Source: Phoronis australis (Eukaryota > Animalia > Phoronida). Taken from it: a stretch of DNA of 64,000 nucleotides. Each line of letters opens with the position of its first letter. Position 1 is the first letter of the stretch. Shown here in pieces: positions 23,501 through 38,500 of the stretch. The DNA lies in NCBI GenBank assembly GCA_002633005.1, contig NMRA01000127.1, positions 566,438-630,437 of the forward strand, given 5' to 3'. The notes below the pieces were generated by a model. That model was not told where the DNA came from, made no database searches, and saw nothing but the letters and a program-made list of their open reading frames with translations. The position numbers and the translations under genes are program-made.

Positions 23501-26500
23501 ACCCAAAAATCACACATTCGAACAAAAATTGTTGTTTGTGACATCTACACTCTGCAAAAGATGTTTGAAATTGACTGAAGAGTTCTTAATCTTGGCTTTT
23601 GTGCAGAAATTTGACAAAATAGAATTTTTCTTGTCAGTTCATCTTGTGTGCTATTTGCTAAATAAGTGAAGAATTACACACTCTATTTAAATCACTTGTT
23701 GCAGTTTAAATACAAAACATTTATGTGACAAGAGATATATCTACACATGGGAATGCAACAGAAATACAAACTGAATAGTGAAGCATCCCATATGTTTCTG
23801 AGTTGAGACTCCAAAAACTATGCATTCACTTGTTGGTGTCTGCCTGAGGCTGGGTTCTCCTAAGTGTCAACACTTGAAGTATTGTTGCATGTTTCAAGCT
23901 TGATAGCTATTGTCTGCTTTGGCACCACAGACTGGTTTTTGTGGGTCAGGGAAAGGCTGTAATCTAACAGAACACAAGGTGCAATAATGTTCCATTCTCA
24001 CACTAAAATCTCACAGATTTCAGACGTTACTTGTAAGAAGGGCACAAATTTTCTCCTATTTTTGGAAAAGGATGACACTATATACCATTTCAAGCTTTGC
24101 TCTATAATGTTTTAGTTCTTATGGTTGACAACTGTGTTAGAAGCGTCTAAAGCTTGGGAGATTGTACCCTGCGTCCGAGCTGAAAATCCACATGGGGAGG
24201 CAGGCTTGTACCACAGCAGAGACTAGACGGAGCTACGGTTATTCTGGCTCATGATTGGTCATAGAAATGAGTTGAATAACTTAGCAGCGAATGATGACCC
24301 TCGTATCATGTGCACAGTCTGGGCCCCCTCATCACAATAATTGTAGTTTCAATAGCACATTGATGTCTGCTGGATAACTGCAGCACATAATCTTGCTGTC
24401 CGTGTCCGCATTGCTGATGTTATTTGGTTGTAAGTGAGCAGCTCTGTTGTGCTGCGTGATTTTACAATTAAAGTAGTCAAGAATGACGTCAGGGACGCGA
24501 CTGATTGTCGGCTCGCATGAAGCCAACCGTGACGGAGTCCAGAACGAGGCTAACAGTGAAGTACATTTTTGGAATATTGTGCTACGAGTTCATACAGCAT
24601 CCGACATCCCTATTTCATCTCTGTTGTGGAGGTAGTAAAACTCATTATATGATTGACCTAGTTTTCAAAATGTGAGGCTACTAACACACTACGGAACCCA
24701 GTCAGTGACGACCCATTTATCATGCCTGTATCAGCCTTTCAAATTTTTATGCTTGTAGGGCAACTCTATGCATCTGTTAAAAGTAACCGTCATTGCCATC
24801 AGGACAAAAATTTTTAATGCTAAGTGCTCATTTGCTCAACAGTATTTTGGAACTGTTGGCTAACGGACGTGCAGGATTGTGGGTAAATACCGCAGAAGCA
24901 GTGATGGCACTGTGCGTTTCTGGATTTGGCTATTGGCCCTCATGAGCAGCTCGCGCCAGTCGTGTGGCCAAGACTCTGGAACAGACTCTTGAGCTCATTC
25001 CCTCACCTGTTTGTTTTTAGCTGACGTTACAGATATCCACCCTTGATCATTTGGACAAGGTTTACTTGCCAAATTGAAATTGTGTGCTTCACTTAAATTG
25101 AATTTACCTCTTTTTTTTCCGAGCACTAATTTTTTTTTGATTTTGTGCAGATTCTGTGTCATGATGCCTTCAGTGTAATGCATTCCTGGCCATCATGAAC
25201 TTAAATGGAAACACTTTTGTGCCAAAACTGCGGTTTTGTTCGAAGTAGAATGCTGACTGAGAAAGTTATCTTGTGTGTTGGTCACTTTCATGGCTCAGAT
25301 CAGACTCACAACCTTTGATAAAACGAGTCCTTGGTCCTTAAGGATTATGGGTATTGCTGCGTTTTTGTTCCCATGGGTCGGGCAGTATCATCGCCTTTCA
25401 CCCAAACCAGAGAACACAATAAGTAATTTTCTCCACTTATTTTGCCCAAAAATAATTAACAAAATTGTCATTTTTATAATTTTCAAAGACTGATTATCTT
25501 GCTGTAAAATAATGGAAAACTATTGCTTTGTGACATCTTCACGCTGCAAACAATTCTTGCAGTAGACTGAAATTTCCTTCATCTTCATTTTTGTGGAGAA
25601 ATTTGAAAAACAGAATTTCAGTTGTCAGCCATATTGTTTGCTAAATAAGTGACGTATTACCTGTATTCGCGTAAATTATGTTTCCAGCAGGTGGGACTGC
25701 TACTGAACTTGTTTAAAATGGTTTTATGAAATCTTTTTGAAAAAGTGATGAGTTTTGAACTTTTGGGAGATTAGTCATTTCTTTTACAGATTAAGAGATT
25801 CTGGATTCTTTACACTAGTTGCGTTTATCCCCAAAGTACCGTGTGTGGAAATGGACTTTCCAACTAGTGCACGGATTTTGTAATTCTCATCGAGTTTGAA
25901 TTTCCCGTTGTGGAGAGCGCTGGTCAGTGGCCACATACAAAAATATAGTCAAAAACATGGCATATTGCGAAATACCTTCAGTTACCACAAATAGGCTAAG
26001 TAGCTCGTGTCCTTTTCACTCTTCCAGTCAAACCTCTGTTCTTTTTCACATGGCATTTGGCGGATTATTAAATTTACATGACTGGCTTCTGACATGCCTA
26101 TTAGAATTCATTACACACATGTTTATCTACTATCACACCCTATTTGACATGACTTAAGATTGATATCAAGGTGGTACAGTAAGAATGCATGTCCACTCTG
26201 CCACCCCAAGTCAACTTGTTGCAGTTAAAATCTGAGAAACTAATACCTTCTCTAGGTTGTGAAGATCCCACTTGAAAATGCGTGCATGCACTGAAACCAA
26301 TTTACTGTATTCAGAATCCTATCACAGTAAGGAATATTACGAGACTGATTTTAAGAGAGTGTAAGGTGTTACTAGATTTTCGTTTTTTAGCCAGTTAAAC
26401 CGGACGAAATGCAGCATGAATCATGTTTGGCAGACTACTTCCTTGATATTAGCTACACAGTAGAATTTCACCAAATTCCAAAAACGTAAATCGGCCAGCA

Positions 26501-29500
26501 TTGATGTTAACTTTTTATTTTTCTAAGGCTTTTTTAACATTTTTGTGAATGCGCGTGATTTTTCAAAATGTTGTTCTATGGTAGCTGTAATGATAATGGT
26601 TAGCACATTTTGATGTAATTTGTCTTCCATCAAAAAAATTGGAAAGTAAAATTGTCCTTGTGCGTCATATTTATTCTAAATTTGTTACATTTTAATGTAA
26701 TCTTTGAAAATTTTAATTTAAAATAAATTTGATGGCGACAATCCAGTTTGATCTCGCCTCCACTTGGTTTCAGTTTTGTCAACCTGATCGGGGCTTTTCA
26801 TGTTGACATTTTAGTGGGCCTTGAAGTACCTGGGTGATGTGAAGGAATGTGCCAGATAAACTTTGATGCAGGCTTTAAATTAGAATTTATTATCTTAAAA
26901 TGTTTATTCATGCTCTTGACCCATTTGTAATTCGCACTTACTACATAAACATTAGGTGACATACTTTTGACGCTCAGATAGGGGCTTGAGAACAGATTGC
27001 TTGATCATGAAATTATATTGCATACCTTGCGCCTCCAATGCCTTGTTATCAAACAGTACATAAGTTTCACTTTTACCCAATAGATGCCGCTAGTGGTTTT
27101 CATGATACCAAGAGAGTAGCAACTCTATGGTTGCCTGTAGAGTTTGATTTTTAACTTTTTCACCAATTTTTCGATAATTAGGTCACATGACCATTTCGAT
27201 ATACATTAGGAAAAAATGGAACTTGAGCGAAACAACAATGTCGATAACATGAACAAATTTAATTTATATAAATTTTCAACATGCCGTTCCTAAAGCTTCA
27301 TTCGTCTTCATTTTGCAAATCATACAAGTCCAATTTTTATTGCCCCTCATGCAAAAGGGAAACATTCCAAAAACAATGCCAAGCTGTTTTTTGCGTCAAG
27401 CATTGTATCTGAAAGTTTCATGATAATCAAATCAGCCATTTCTGAGAAACGATGTTCTGAAATTAGCCAATTTTGGGCATTTTTCTTGAGTCCTACATAT
27501 TACCAAGTACATCTCAAGCTGCTTGCCATTAAAAGCCTTAATCACCTTCCAACCAATGGCTCAGACCTGGACGCTTAATGAAAGCTTTCATCAAAATGGG
27601 TAATTAAGTCTTTTTATTTCTTATGGCCCAGGATTTGTACCTGTAGATTTCTGATTATATGCTGGAGAACTGCCAGAAACGCTTGTTGAGTACATTTGTA
27701 CCAGATGAGTGGTAAGAGTTAACTTGTTATTTATCAGGTTTTGTTTATTTGCTTGTTCTTGTTTTTGTTTTCTCATTGGTGGGAATTTACTCCATAACAT
27801 CTCCTCAGCTGAGGCCTGGGTCACCCATTTGACATGTGTGATCATTCTGTCTGAGATTTAGCTGTGTTCAGAGGGAGGTAGGGGGGTAGTGTATGTTGTC
27901 CAATTTGTAAACATATTTTCTGTCAGGTTAAACAAGCACTTTGAAGGGCCATTTTTTTCAATATAGCAGTTACGTAATTCATGAAAGACACCTCGTAGCT
28001 TGGTGGTGCTGGGGTCACCTGGTGGACGGCTTTCTGCATTCTCGTTTGGATTCAGTGTAGTGGGATGTTTTCCCCGTGTGAAGTTTTCAAAAATCGAAGT
28101 AAAATTTGTCTTCATGTTTACTCTTGTTGAAAATTTTGATAAAATAAAAGTTTGCTGTTTAGACATATTGTGTTCTAATTTGAAGAAACTTGGCATATTT
28201 ACAGGACATCTTGGAGAGCTGCCAAGTTTTGGATGAACCAAATTGATTTGATTAACCGAATTTCGTGGACATTTCAATCATGTGTGGATGATTTTTTTAG
28301 ACATTTTCGTTAACCTAGTTATTTGCATTTCAATTGGAAGTTACTGAAACACATATTTTGCCACACCGTGGTAGCTCAAAATGTTTTTTATTCCTCTAAC
28401 ATCCAGGGTATCTTTACAGTCACCTTAGTCAAGCTAATACAGACAGATCACTGGCACAGGGTACATTAGACCTTTGTTTTTTTACCCACATGCCACGAGA
28501 GCTCTGTCAATGTTGTGAGTGGATAACATTTAGTATGCTATTTATCCTTGTTTAATTGGATTGACGTTCTTGAGTTATAGGAATACTTGAGTTTTTGAAA
28601 TCTTAATTTCACTCTGCGGTGGGCATGAACTGAACTTTCTTATGTGGAACGGGAGGGGGAGGCCACTGTTATAGAAGTTCAATGCTCCCCACACCTTTTT
28701 CACAAGCTGTCTGTAAAAGGGTATGTGTCCTAATTTTCCACCTGCACGCTCTGTCAAAAAATGGCCATGTAGCGTGACGTTGATTGCCTTGGTTTGAAAT
28801 TTTGCAAATCTTTTAAGCACTGGAAGACTCGCATACTGGAGAAAGTATTTGCCTTGGAGTATTTTTAGCACAAAATCATAATACCAGAACATAATTACTA
28901 GTATAAGTTTTCAAAAATTTTCAATTACACGTGAATGTGTAGACTAAATTTAGACTGAAAAGTGATACTTAAAGAATTCTAGTCTTGTCTTGGCAACCAT
29001 TTGTATACATCTCTTTTGAATAGGTGTGTTTGTATTTATCTGTGGATCAATGTTCTTTTTGCTTGCATGTTTACACACTTTTGTTTACATGTTTACACAC
29101 TTTTGTTTACTTGTTTACACACTGAGGAATCTAGAATGTTGTAAGGTGGTGTAGCAAAATGGTAATTTTTATAAGAAAACAAGATATCTTACAGCCTGTC
29201 CAAAACACATTTTCATCATATCCAAAATCCCTTTGGACACTCTACTTTGCAAAAAGAATCCTTACCACAAAGGTGTCAATGCAGGAGCTTGGAAAGACAA
29301 GTTTTGGTAAAATTCAACTTTTATTCTCAGATGGAGTGTTTGCTTCTTTTGTGAAGAGGAATGCTGAAAAGAAAACTTGTAAAATATCACCACTTTAGGA
29401 CTCAGCATGGCGTCAAGTGAAATTATATTTATCATTTTTTCTATGAAGCCTGTGTGGCTCATCAAATGATGATTTTCCATGTTCAGGTTCGCTACACCAC

Positions 29501-32500
29501 AGTTACCATCAAACTAAGTTTTGAAATATGGGAATTCACGTCAATGTTCAAAGCTCCTGAAAAATTATAAAAGAGCATTTCTGGAATTATGTTTGTTCGA
29601 AATAAGTGAAATTTTAACGTAACATGATGCATTTCTCTTCATTGTTATCGGGCATTACTAAGTGACTGCTTGCATAATTTCAAAAAGTAAGTCATTCAAA
29701 ATATTTTGAATGAAATGAGGCCTTGTACCATCTTACTAGTATTTCTCACTTTAATCGTCTCCGAATGAGATCTAATTAATTGCGAACAAATGAGTTCTCT
29801 GAACCGTGGAAATATTCACTGGTAAAGTGTGCCATGTATTCTTGACTGCGCTCAATGAATGGTGTGAGATTTCCTGTGGTGCTAAATGTTTCTACTTCAA
29901 GATTGATGGTTTTTTGTTTACTGTTTACTAACTGAAGGTGCAGACCCATTCCTTTCTGAGTAAACTTTGTCATAATTTCTACCTTAAACCACCATGTTAC
30001 CATTCTGCCATGATAACAAGCTGTCTGTTCCAAATATGGCATGCGATGTCATCACTGTGACCTCTGGAGGTCAAGTAGCTCAAGTAACATCTGAGGAATT
30101 CCAGAGCTGAGTGACTCCCTAACGGATTTCCTAACTATTTCAACGCTGCTCTGCTATTCTCGTTGGTGGTAGACAGGCGGTGAGTTTGTTTAAATTTAGA
30201 AGGATTTGGTTACATCATCACACTCTGTCAGTGTACCTGAGAGGGAGAGAGTTCTGCGTAAATTAACTGAGTTATTCAAGGGAAAACTAACCTACAGCAT
30301 TTTGACTTGGAGGTTGTGTTCTGCATTATGTAGACAGGCTCCTGTCCATATGGATTAGATTTTTGCTTTGTAACTGATGTGCAATTCAAATTTCATTGCA
30401 TATTTTGCGCTCAATTGCATAGCAAATAATCAGTTCGGCATTTTGGGATGTTGTCTCTTACAATACGAGTTTTAAGGAAAGCTTCGCAACTTGCAATCAT
30501 TATTAAGACTTTTTAGCAGAGCATTTTGACTTCTCAACTTTAAAATAACGAAATTCTCAACTTTCCTAGTGTTCAATAACATATTTTGTAACGGATTTTC
30601 ACAATGTTAGATAAAGTGCTTGTTGTGATCAGTGTTATGAGCTAGTACCGTAATTAACAAAGTTCTGATTTCAAAAACTAATAGTCATATTCTCGTGCTG
30701 AGTATGCATCGTATGATGATTCAAATGTGTCACGTAGGCTCGTACATTGACTTATACAAAACTGTAAAGCACACTTGGTCCTGTTTTACTAAATTGAAAA
30801 GTTATGTTAAAATATTTTAGTCTTTTATTATATACATTTTATGGAGCCATTGGCTGCGGTTGATCACATGTGATCCCCAGTCTGCCTAGCAATTGTACTT
30901 TCATTTTCTCTTGGTCAAGTTATCGCCAGTTCTTGAAACTCTTCTATGTTCGCTCAGTGGTCATGCATTATCACCAGGGTGCGTGCTATTCACTGTCTAA
31001 GTGTTGATACAAGTTTCATGGCGAGGTGACAAGCAGAGCTACCCTGGCTGTGTGCAATTTCGAGGTCTGTCGGCGCTGAACACGCTGTGGTACCCAGCTG
31101 TATTTTGGCGATAGTCTTCATACAGCCAGCTGGCTTGCTAGATAATGTCAAGCGTGTGCAACCAGTGCCCCCTGTCAGCAGTGAAACAAACCGTAGTTAC
31201 GCAGACTGAATTGAGTTTTTTAGATAAGAACTACCATACGACTCATAAGAAAAGAATTTTGTGAATGAAAAAAGGACCCTATTTATCATCCCGCACATGT
31301 GGGTCGTAAGGGAGGAATTGTGTACCCTGCTTACTGAACACACCAGTTGGCCTGCGTGTACAATAACCCTTCAACTATTTAGTGCACAATACGGCCAATA
31401 AGTGTAGTGTTATCGTTCAGCAACAAATTTCTCCATAGGAATATATTAAGTAATTTTAAGTTCAACACTGGCATGGGTTGTACTGTGTAGATGCCATAAA
31501 ACAACATTTGCTGCAAGATAATCAGCCCTTGAAAAATGGCAATTGTCAATTTTGATAAATATTTTTGTGCGAAATAAGCCGAGAATTATTGTACAGGACC
31601 AATAGTAGTACACCAAGAGCTTTTGACCCGAGGCATTGACCCTTTCAATTATACTGTGAATTATTTCCTCAAGTGGTCAATACTGTGAAGTATGTACAAT
31701 TATGAAGTTACTGCAGGCATCCGGTGACTTGAAATTTCCAGCATGATACTCATTCTGAATTTGGTCTTATCTATGATTCAAAATTTTTGTTTAAACCCAA
31801 CCAAGTTTCAAGTGTTCTTGCAGCCTTTGGTATACAACATTGTTTCTCAGATTAAATGGATCATGACTAAATGAACTGGTACTTGTCAAAATTTAATGTT
31901 TATGTTAAATTTGTTCGTCATTTCTTTACTTTGGAAAGAAATGTGGCATTTAATAAGTAATCTTCAGTTTAGTTCGCACATGTGCCGAAGACGCTAACAG
32001 TTTTACTTGCTGAACGCTATCGAAATCATTTGTATTTTAGTCAGACAGAGGATCATTTTTCCAAAGGTTAGTTTATTTCCTTACCACCCCAAGCGAATCG
32101 CTTTTAAGCAAATCGAACAGCTTTTAAGCGCAGAAAATTGATAACAAAACACATTCACTCTGTGACATAAAGTGATTAATGCGGAAATAAACAAAGGCCT
32201 GCGAGTCCTTTGAAGTAGTCTGTCTACAAAAGTGCTAGAAAAACATCAGTTTTGGGGTAACTTAAAGCTCCAACAAAACTCCAGCCACTTGCAACCATTC
32301 ACATAACTGTCGTTTTTGCTACTTAGGAAACGTGCAAGCAAAAACGCTCGTGTTTTAGCCCTGTTTATGAAGGAGGTTTACGAGCGGACTAAGCAACACC
32401 ATGTGGCTGACAATTCGAAGTAGAATTTTTCATTTTGTTAATTTGCTCAACATAAAATGAATGCTGTTAACACAGTTTGAATAGTATAGCCATCATCAAA

Positions 32501-35500
32501 CATTTGACAAAAAATTTTAATATTTATAGCCATCCAGTTAGCTCCTTAAAATGGCATTTTAGTAATTATTTTGTCCGATCCATGTTACAAATGACCCTGA
32601 TAGGCACCTGAGTTTGACCACGCTGAGTACAACTGGCTTGCTCTGCTTGGTACAAAATGTATTTTGACACAGGTGGTATTTACCAGAGATATGTTATGGG
32701 CAACCATTCATTTGCAATTTTGCAATTTTTGCCAGAGGAAACCCAATTAAGTTTTAGAATGTTCTCCATATGAAGTTCATTATATCTTGTAAGTTGTAAC
32801 TGTTTGGATGTTCAGATATTCACAAGCTGGTGGTATTAGAAGATGGCCTACAGAGTGTGGATTGAAGACGTGAGCATTCTTTATATTTTATGATTTATGT
32901 TTTATGAATGTCTTGCCAATTCTTTTAAAGTTGTGTATGTTGACCTTGGAAAAGGTGTACAAGTTGCTGCAACCTGTTTCCCAGCAGTTGGGGTATGATT
33001 GAATAGCCTTCCCCTCCATCAGCTTTGGATACCACCCTTGAGTTTTCAGCTGTGAAGAACGCTTGTTTGTGCCTTGTGGATACTTTTAATGAATAGACAA
33101 ATAAACCATTCTGTTTACCTGTATTGCATTTATTGCAGAGTTCTATGTAAATTTCTCTTGCATCCTAAACATGAATCTTTTACAAAAATTTAATGAATCT
33201 TGCTGATGCCAAATACATGCGTTGTCATTTTATGACACTTCGGTATCTTATGGCTAACAGCAGACAATGTTTTGAGAAATTGTGACCATTCACGAATATG
33301 AAAAATGAAGCATTTGAATAGTGAAGAAAATCAATTTAGGCAATGGTTTTTGTCCAAAAGTGGTGAGATTTTACCTTTTATTTTGGTCAAAATTTACCTC
33401 ATAGGTGTTATTTTTAATTTAAAAAAAACTTCATTGCATATTCTCTTACTTTGAAGTTTGACAGTTTTGACTCACCAAGGAGGTGCTCACTAACTGCAAT
33501 TTGTTATTGGGAGGTATTAAAAACAAGGTAAAACTCCACTAAATACCTTGGGTGTTAGGATTTGCAATGTTTCTTGGTAAGAAAATTGTAGGATGATGAT
33601 GGATTGCTATTTGTTTAAAAAAACAGAGGTGTGCATGTTTTTGGACAAATTAGACTTTAGACTGAGAGGCGCTTAAGTTAACTGATTCAATTCTCAATTC
33701 TTCCTAACGTGGCATTTTCATATCTGTTTTTTCATTTGACACTCCATCAAACCCTTTCAAAAATCATTAATTTGCATGTTTGTGTATTGGATGATATACA
33801 GAAGGTGACCTTCTTGGCATCCAGTCACCAGTAGTGCTGGGTTGAACAGTTTGCTTGTGACCCGTGAAGTGCAACCTGTAGAAGGGACTGGTTTTATTTT
33901 CAAAGTGTATAAACAAGATTTTAGATGCACAGGTTTTGATGATGATTTCTATCACATCTGGCACACATTTTCACGGAGTAACAGAAGATTTCTGGCATGT
34001 TCTTGAAATCTATGAGATTTTGGCCTAGCTCCTGTCCAAAATATGAACCAGTGACTGAGACAAATGAATTTTACTAAAGCCAGGAAAGACAGCTCAAGTC
34101 GATGTCAAGAACTAAGTCAGAAGTGATGTCAATTTATGCGAGGATGTTATGAAAAGTCATGTTCTAATTCGCGCGTATTGCAGTAGGCCAGTTGAGATGA
34201 TCGCTTTTGTGGTATCTTGGGAAGCTTTCTGATAACCTGCCTGATAAGCAGCCTTACCTAGTTGACCAAAAACAGACAAAAAACTGTGTCTGTTGGAATC
34301 ATGTCAAACTCTGTTTGCATGGATGCTTGCACGGTGTTTAAGTTTGTACTGTGTCAAAAGTGTCATGTAAACACGGTATTAGACTGACATTGAGCAGCTT
34401 CGTTTTGATATGCAGTTTTGTGCTCAACATGTTGGTGGTTTCCCTTGAGGACAATGATGAACTATTGATGTCTAGAAATTGTATAGCTTGGCATATAATT
34501 GACCATGAAATTGATAGACAGTAGTTTTTCTCTCTCGTTACCAAACTGTTCCTACTTAGTTGGTTATTCCATGTGCAAATCGTGGTCTGATAGTCGCTAA
34601 TTGCCTCTGTAGTGGAATGCAAATTGCCCTTGCTATGTAGGAAGATCAAATAAAGAAACCGAGAAATTTACTGATAGTGATGTCAATGCATTCTGTTGAG
34701 ATTCTCATAAATAATTCAAACCTCGAAATTAAAACAATTCTCAAATAATGTGGGCCTGTGGTGAACTGTTTATTTTTCTACTCTAGAAAATTTGCTTCTG
34801 AAGTTGTCTTCATCATATACTTTTTTCTTTGTTTGATTTGGTATGTATCTTCTCTTTTGATGTCTACTTGTTTTATCACATTTTCCTCACTCAGTTATTC
34901 ATTTGAAGTTATGTTGGTGTTCATACTTTTTTCCACGTTTTACTACAAGGTTCATATTTCATTTACGGTATGACTTTCAAAGACTTCTGCCAAAATAATT
35001 CTTACTTCCAGCTCATTAGCTGGCTTGACTGTAGCGTTATAGAAAACTGGGTTCTTTTGATCAGTTGAGCCACTATGTACATGTCACCTTACATAATGTT
35101 AGGCTATGTCTTGGTGTTTTCTTCTATTTTCACAGTCACCTGTAGTTAGCTCCAGTTGTTCTAGTGATGAGACTGTTGCGGGGGGGAGGGGGGTTGGTGG
35201 CGGGGCGGAGGAGTGGTGGTTACCCCCATAGCACATGCTGCGCAGATGGGTGGCTATTTCAGAGCTAGATTTCTTATGAAAAATTGTCTTTGCAATTGAA
35301 TTCGATTCAAAAAGGATTAGGATTACAGAAACCACCTGTAGGTGATTTTATTGCTGATATATTGGATAAAAACTTTACGAAAGAGTGACTTTTTCATGGA
35401 GGATCTAATCAAAGAGTGGTGTCCAAGGACACACCCTGTCATAAAAGAATAACTACATAAATGTAAGTAATATTTTTAAATTAAGTTTTACTCAAGTGCT

Positions 35501-38500
35501 GTTGGTCTCTGTTAGTATAGTCGGCAATGGTCTGTGAAACTGAATTATTTACTCTCCCTTGTGCACAATTCACTGTTATGATAGATTCTCTCACTTCACA
35601 ACTTGTTCTGATGCTGTCAGTTATCTGCAGCCAAACTGAAGGGCATGCAAATATTTACATGTTGCTAATCTGTGGTAGTGTATAAGCTAGCACCATTAGC
35701 ATACTAGCAGCTGGCCAGCCACAGCTATTGTGAGCCCCCAGACCCTGGAATGATTTACATGCCAAGTCCTATGTATGCTGTTCACATATGCTTGTGTTCA
35801 GATGGAGTGAGAACACTCAAATATTACATATGCAAACTGTCATGGCCGACTGAAGATCTGGGAAGTTTAGAAGGTAGAGTTACAGCTGTTTCGTAATGTT
35901 ATGTGGAGACTGCTACTGATTATTATTGCTTTTGTGATATACTTGGAAGCATTGGTTATCTGTTTGTCTAGTTTGAAAGTTTTGAAATTCTCAATTTGCA
36001 TTATGCGTAATAATACCATAGCGAATGTCATTAAGAAGTACACAAAAAGCATTGTAAAAAATTGCAACCGTGTGAAACATTTAAATGATAAGTGGAGAAA
36101 GTCAAGATCTTCTCATGATTTTTAAGTAGCTGCTCTTCCTTAGAAGATTTTTCGCACTAGTCATGCACAAGGGTCCCCGGGATTTCGAGAACCAGTTTTA
36201 TGTCCATTGTTCAATGGAGAGAACTGGTTCTAAAAATGCCCCTGTAGGTGCACAATTACAGGATTTTTAACATTACCTTAACCCAAACTATTTAATGAAA
36301 CTCCACCAGTGTCCACAACCTATCATTACAGTGTATTATATTTCACACATTTTATGCTACCACCAGTAATTGAAGGTCACAGTTTGTTGGTATTGTGAAA
36401 TTTAAATGTAGTGGAAAATTCACCCATCTTTCCCACATCTTTGATCTCTGCAACTGCAGTGGAGCACCAGAAACCTGCAAGGTTTGTCCTGTTTACACTG
36501 GGTGCAAGTGTGGTTTCAGTCAAAGTTTGAAGTGGTGTTGTTTCAGTCATACTCTCTTGATATTTTGTTAATGTTAGGGAGAGTAGTGCATTTGAGAGCA
36601 GTGCATTCTTTGAAAATCTATCATTTCCTATCTTTCATGTTACTCTAAAATTTCTTTATTTGACGAAATATGGTTGTCGAAACAATTATTTTTGATTTTT
36701 AAAAGGGTGAATTGCATTGCTGCTTGTTTTCAAAACATTGTACATTATTTTATAATGACAGCTGGTCTGCATAAATCTTGTTACCCATGAAGTTAAATTT
36801 TGTATTATTTATTTTTGTTGTGAAAAGACATTTTACCATTGAGTGGTTTACATTACTTGACCTTAAGCCAGAAAGGAAAGTCTGGTACAAGAAATGTTGA
36901 CATGATGTATAGATCATGCAGTGGTTCTTTTTTGCCAAGGAAGACAGATGATGCACCGTTAAATAGAACCAGTACCAAGCAAGGGTTAGTGGTGCCTGTG
37001 TCCGACCGCTGATTAGATTTCACCTGCTTCTGGTTCTGCATAAAATCTTGACGTGTTAGGTGGTGCTTTTCTGTTTCGTGCATTTTGTCCTTGGAAGGGA
37101 TCACGAGTTTTTCAACGTGTTTAGTTTAATTGTTTTGAATATAAAAGGAATTTGATGGTCCCAGTTAGATATCTCTTTTGCCCTGGCATTGAAAAGTAGA
37201 ATACAGTTAAATGCAACTTGAAAAAAGCAAGTCGCCGATACATATCATGAGAAACTGCAGTGTGCAAAAATGAAGCTAGATAACTGTTTGGTATTGCAGC
37301 ATTTTAGGTAAATACCACGAAATTCAAAGTGTTGCTGTATAATCCAAGACTGTCCTGTTGCAGTGGTTTTATTAGTGCTCTTGACAAACACCATTTTTGT
37401 GATGCGGGCCATTTGGTCGTTTGACGCATAGTAATTTTGAGGTATCCTTTGTAGAATGAAATTTAGGGATCCGAATTTTTAAGTTTTTAAACAGTTCATA
37501 TACTAAGCTTTACAGCAGTCAGAAAATTGCTCTCTTTTACTTTGGAAACAGTTGGATATCTGCTGGCGTATGATACCCTTGAGGATGTTAACTGAATCCC
37601 TGTGTGTTATTGTTGAAGGAGAAATCTGTTTGCATTTTGGGTAACCTAAACTATCCACAGGACAGATTGAAGCAGGGAGGAGTTTCTTGATATTTCTTTT
37701 CAAAATAGTCGGCCATTTGCTGTGTCAGGAATGAAAACAGGAAATGTTGAGTTGGAAATACTTGACCGTTGAGACAGTGAGGGCATGTCACCTAGTGTTC
37801 AGACATTCAGGTTGGTTTGCATCCTAGCCATAGATACTGAATTTTTTTCTTCTACAAATATAAAGTGGAGAATAGTCCATATCACTCCGTTTCAGAAATT
37901 TGAGCTGGTAATTTTTTTCCTGTTTTTAAGCACTCTTGTCACAATATGCATACAGTGGGTAAGGTAAAAAATCTGTAGGTTGGGGAAAATTGATCGTTTC
38001 GCTCAGGTTCGGATCTTGTACCAAATTTTAGAACTTTGCAAGTTCGAGAATTACCCAGTGGAGATAAACACATGAAGGCATTGGGTGGGCAGCTATTTTC
38101 AATTAGTTCGTGCACATATATATTTATTTTCAATTTCAGTGTCAGATATCTGAAAAATATGCTGAACAAATTCGTTGAATTTCTGCTTGAAATTCAGTAT
38201 CCAAAATTTTGATGACCGTTCCGAACTGGAGAATTTTTACCCTAAACCTTAAAGTATATGCTCTTTCCAATTTGTGAGAACTAAATTAACAACACAAAAG
38301 TTGTTCCTCTGAANCTGCAGGTTGGGGAAAATTGATCGTTTCGCTCAGGTTCGGATCTTGTACCAAATTTTAGAACTTTGCAAGTTCCAGAATTACCCAC
38401 TGGAGATAAACACATGAAGGCATTGGGTGGGCAGCTATTTTCAATTAGTTCGTGCACATATATATTTATTTTCAATTTCAGTGTCAGATATCTGAAAAAT

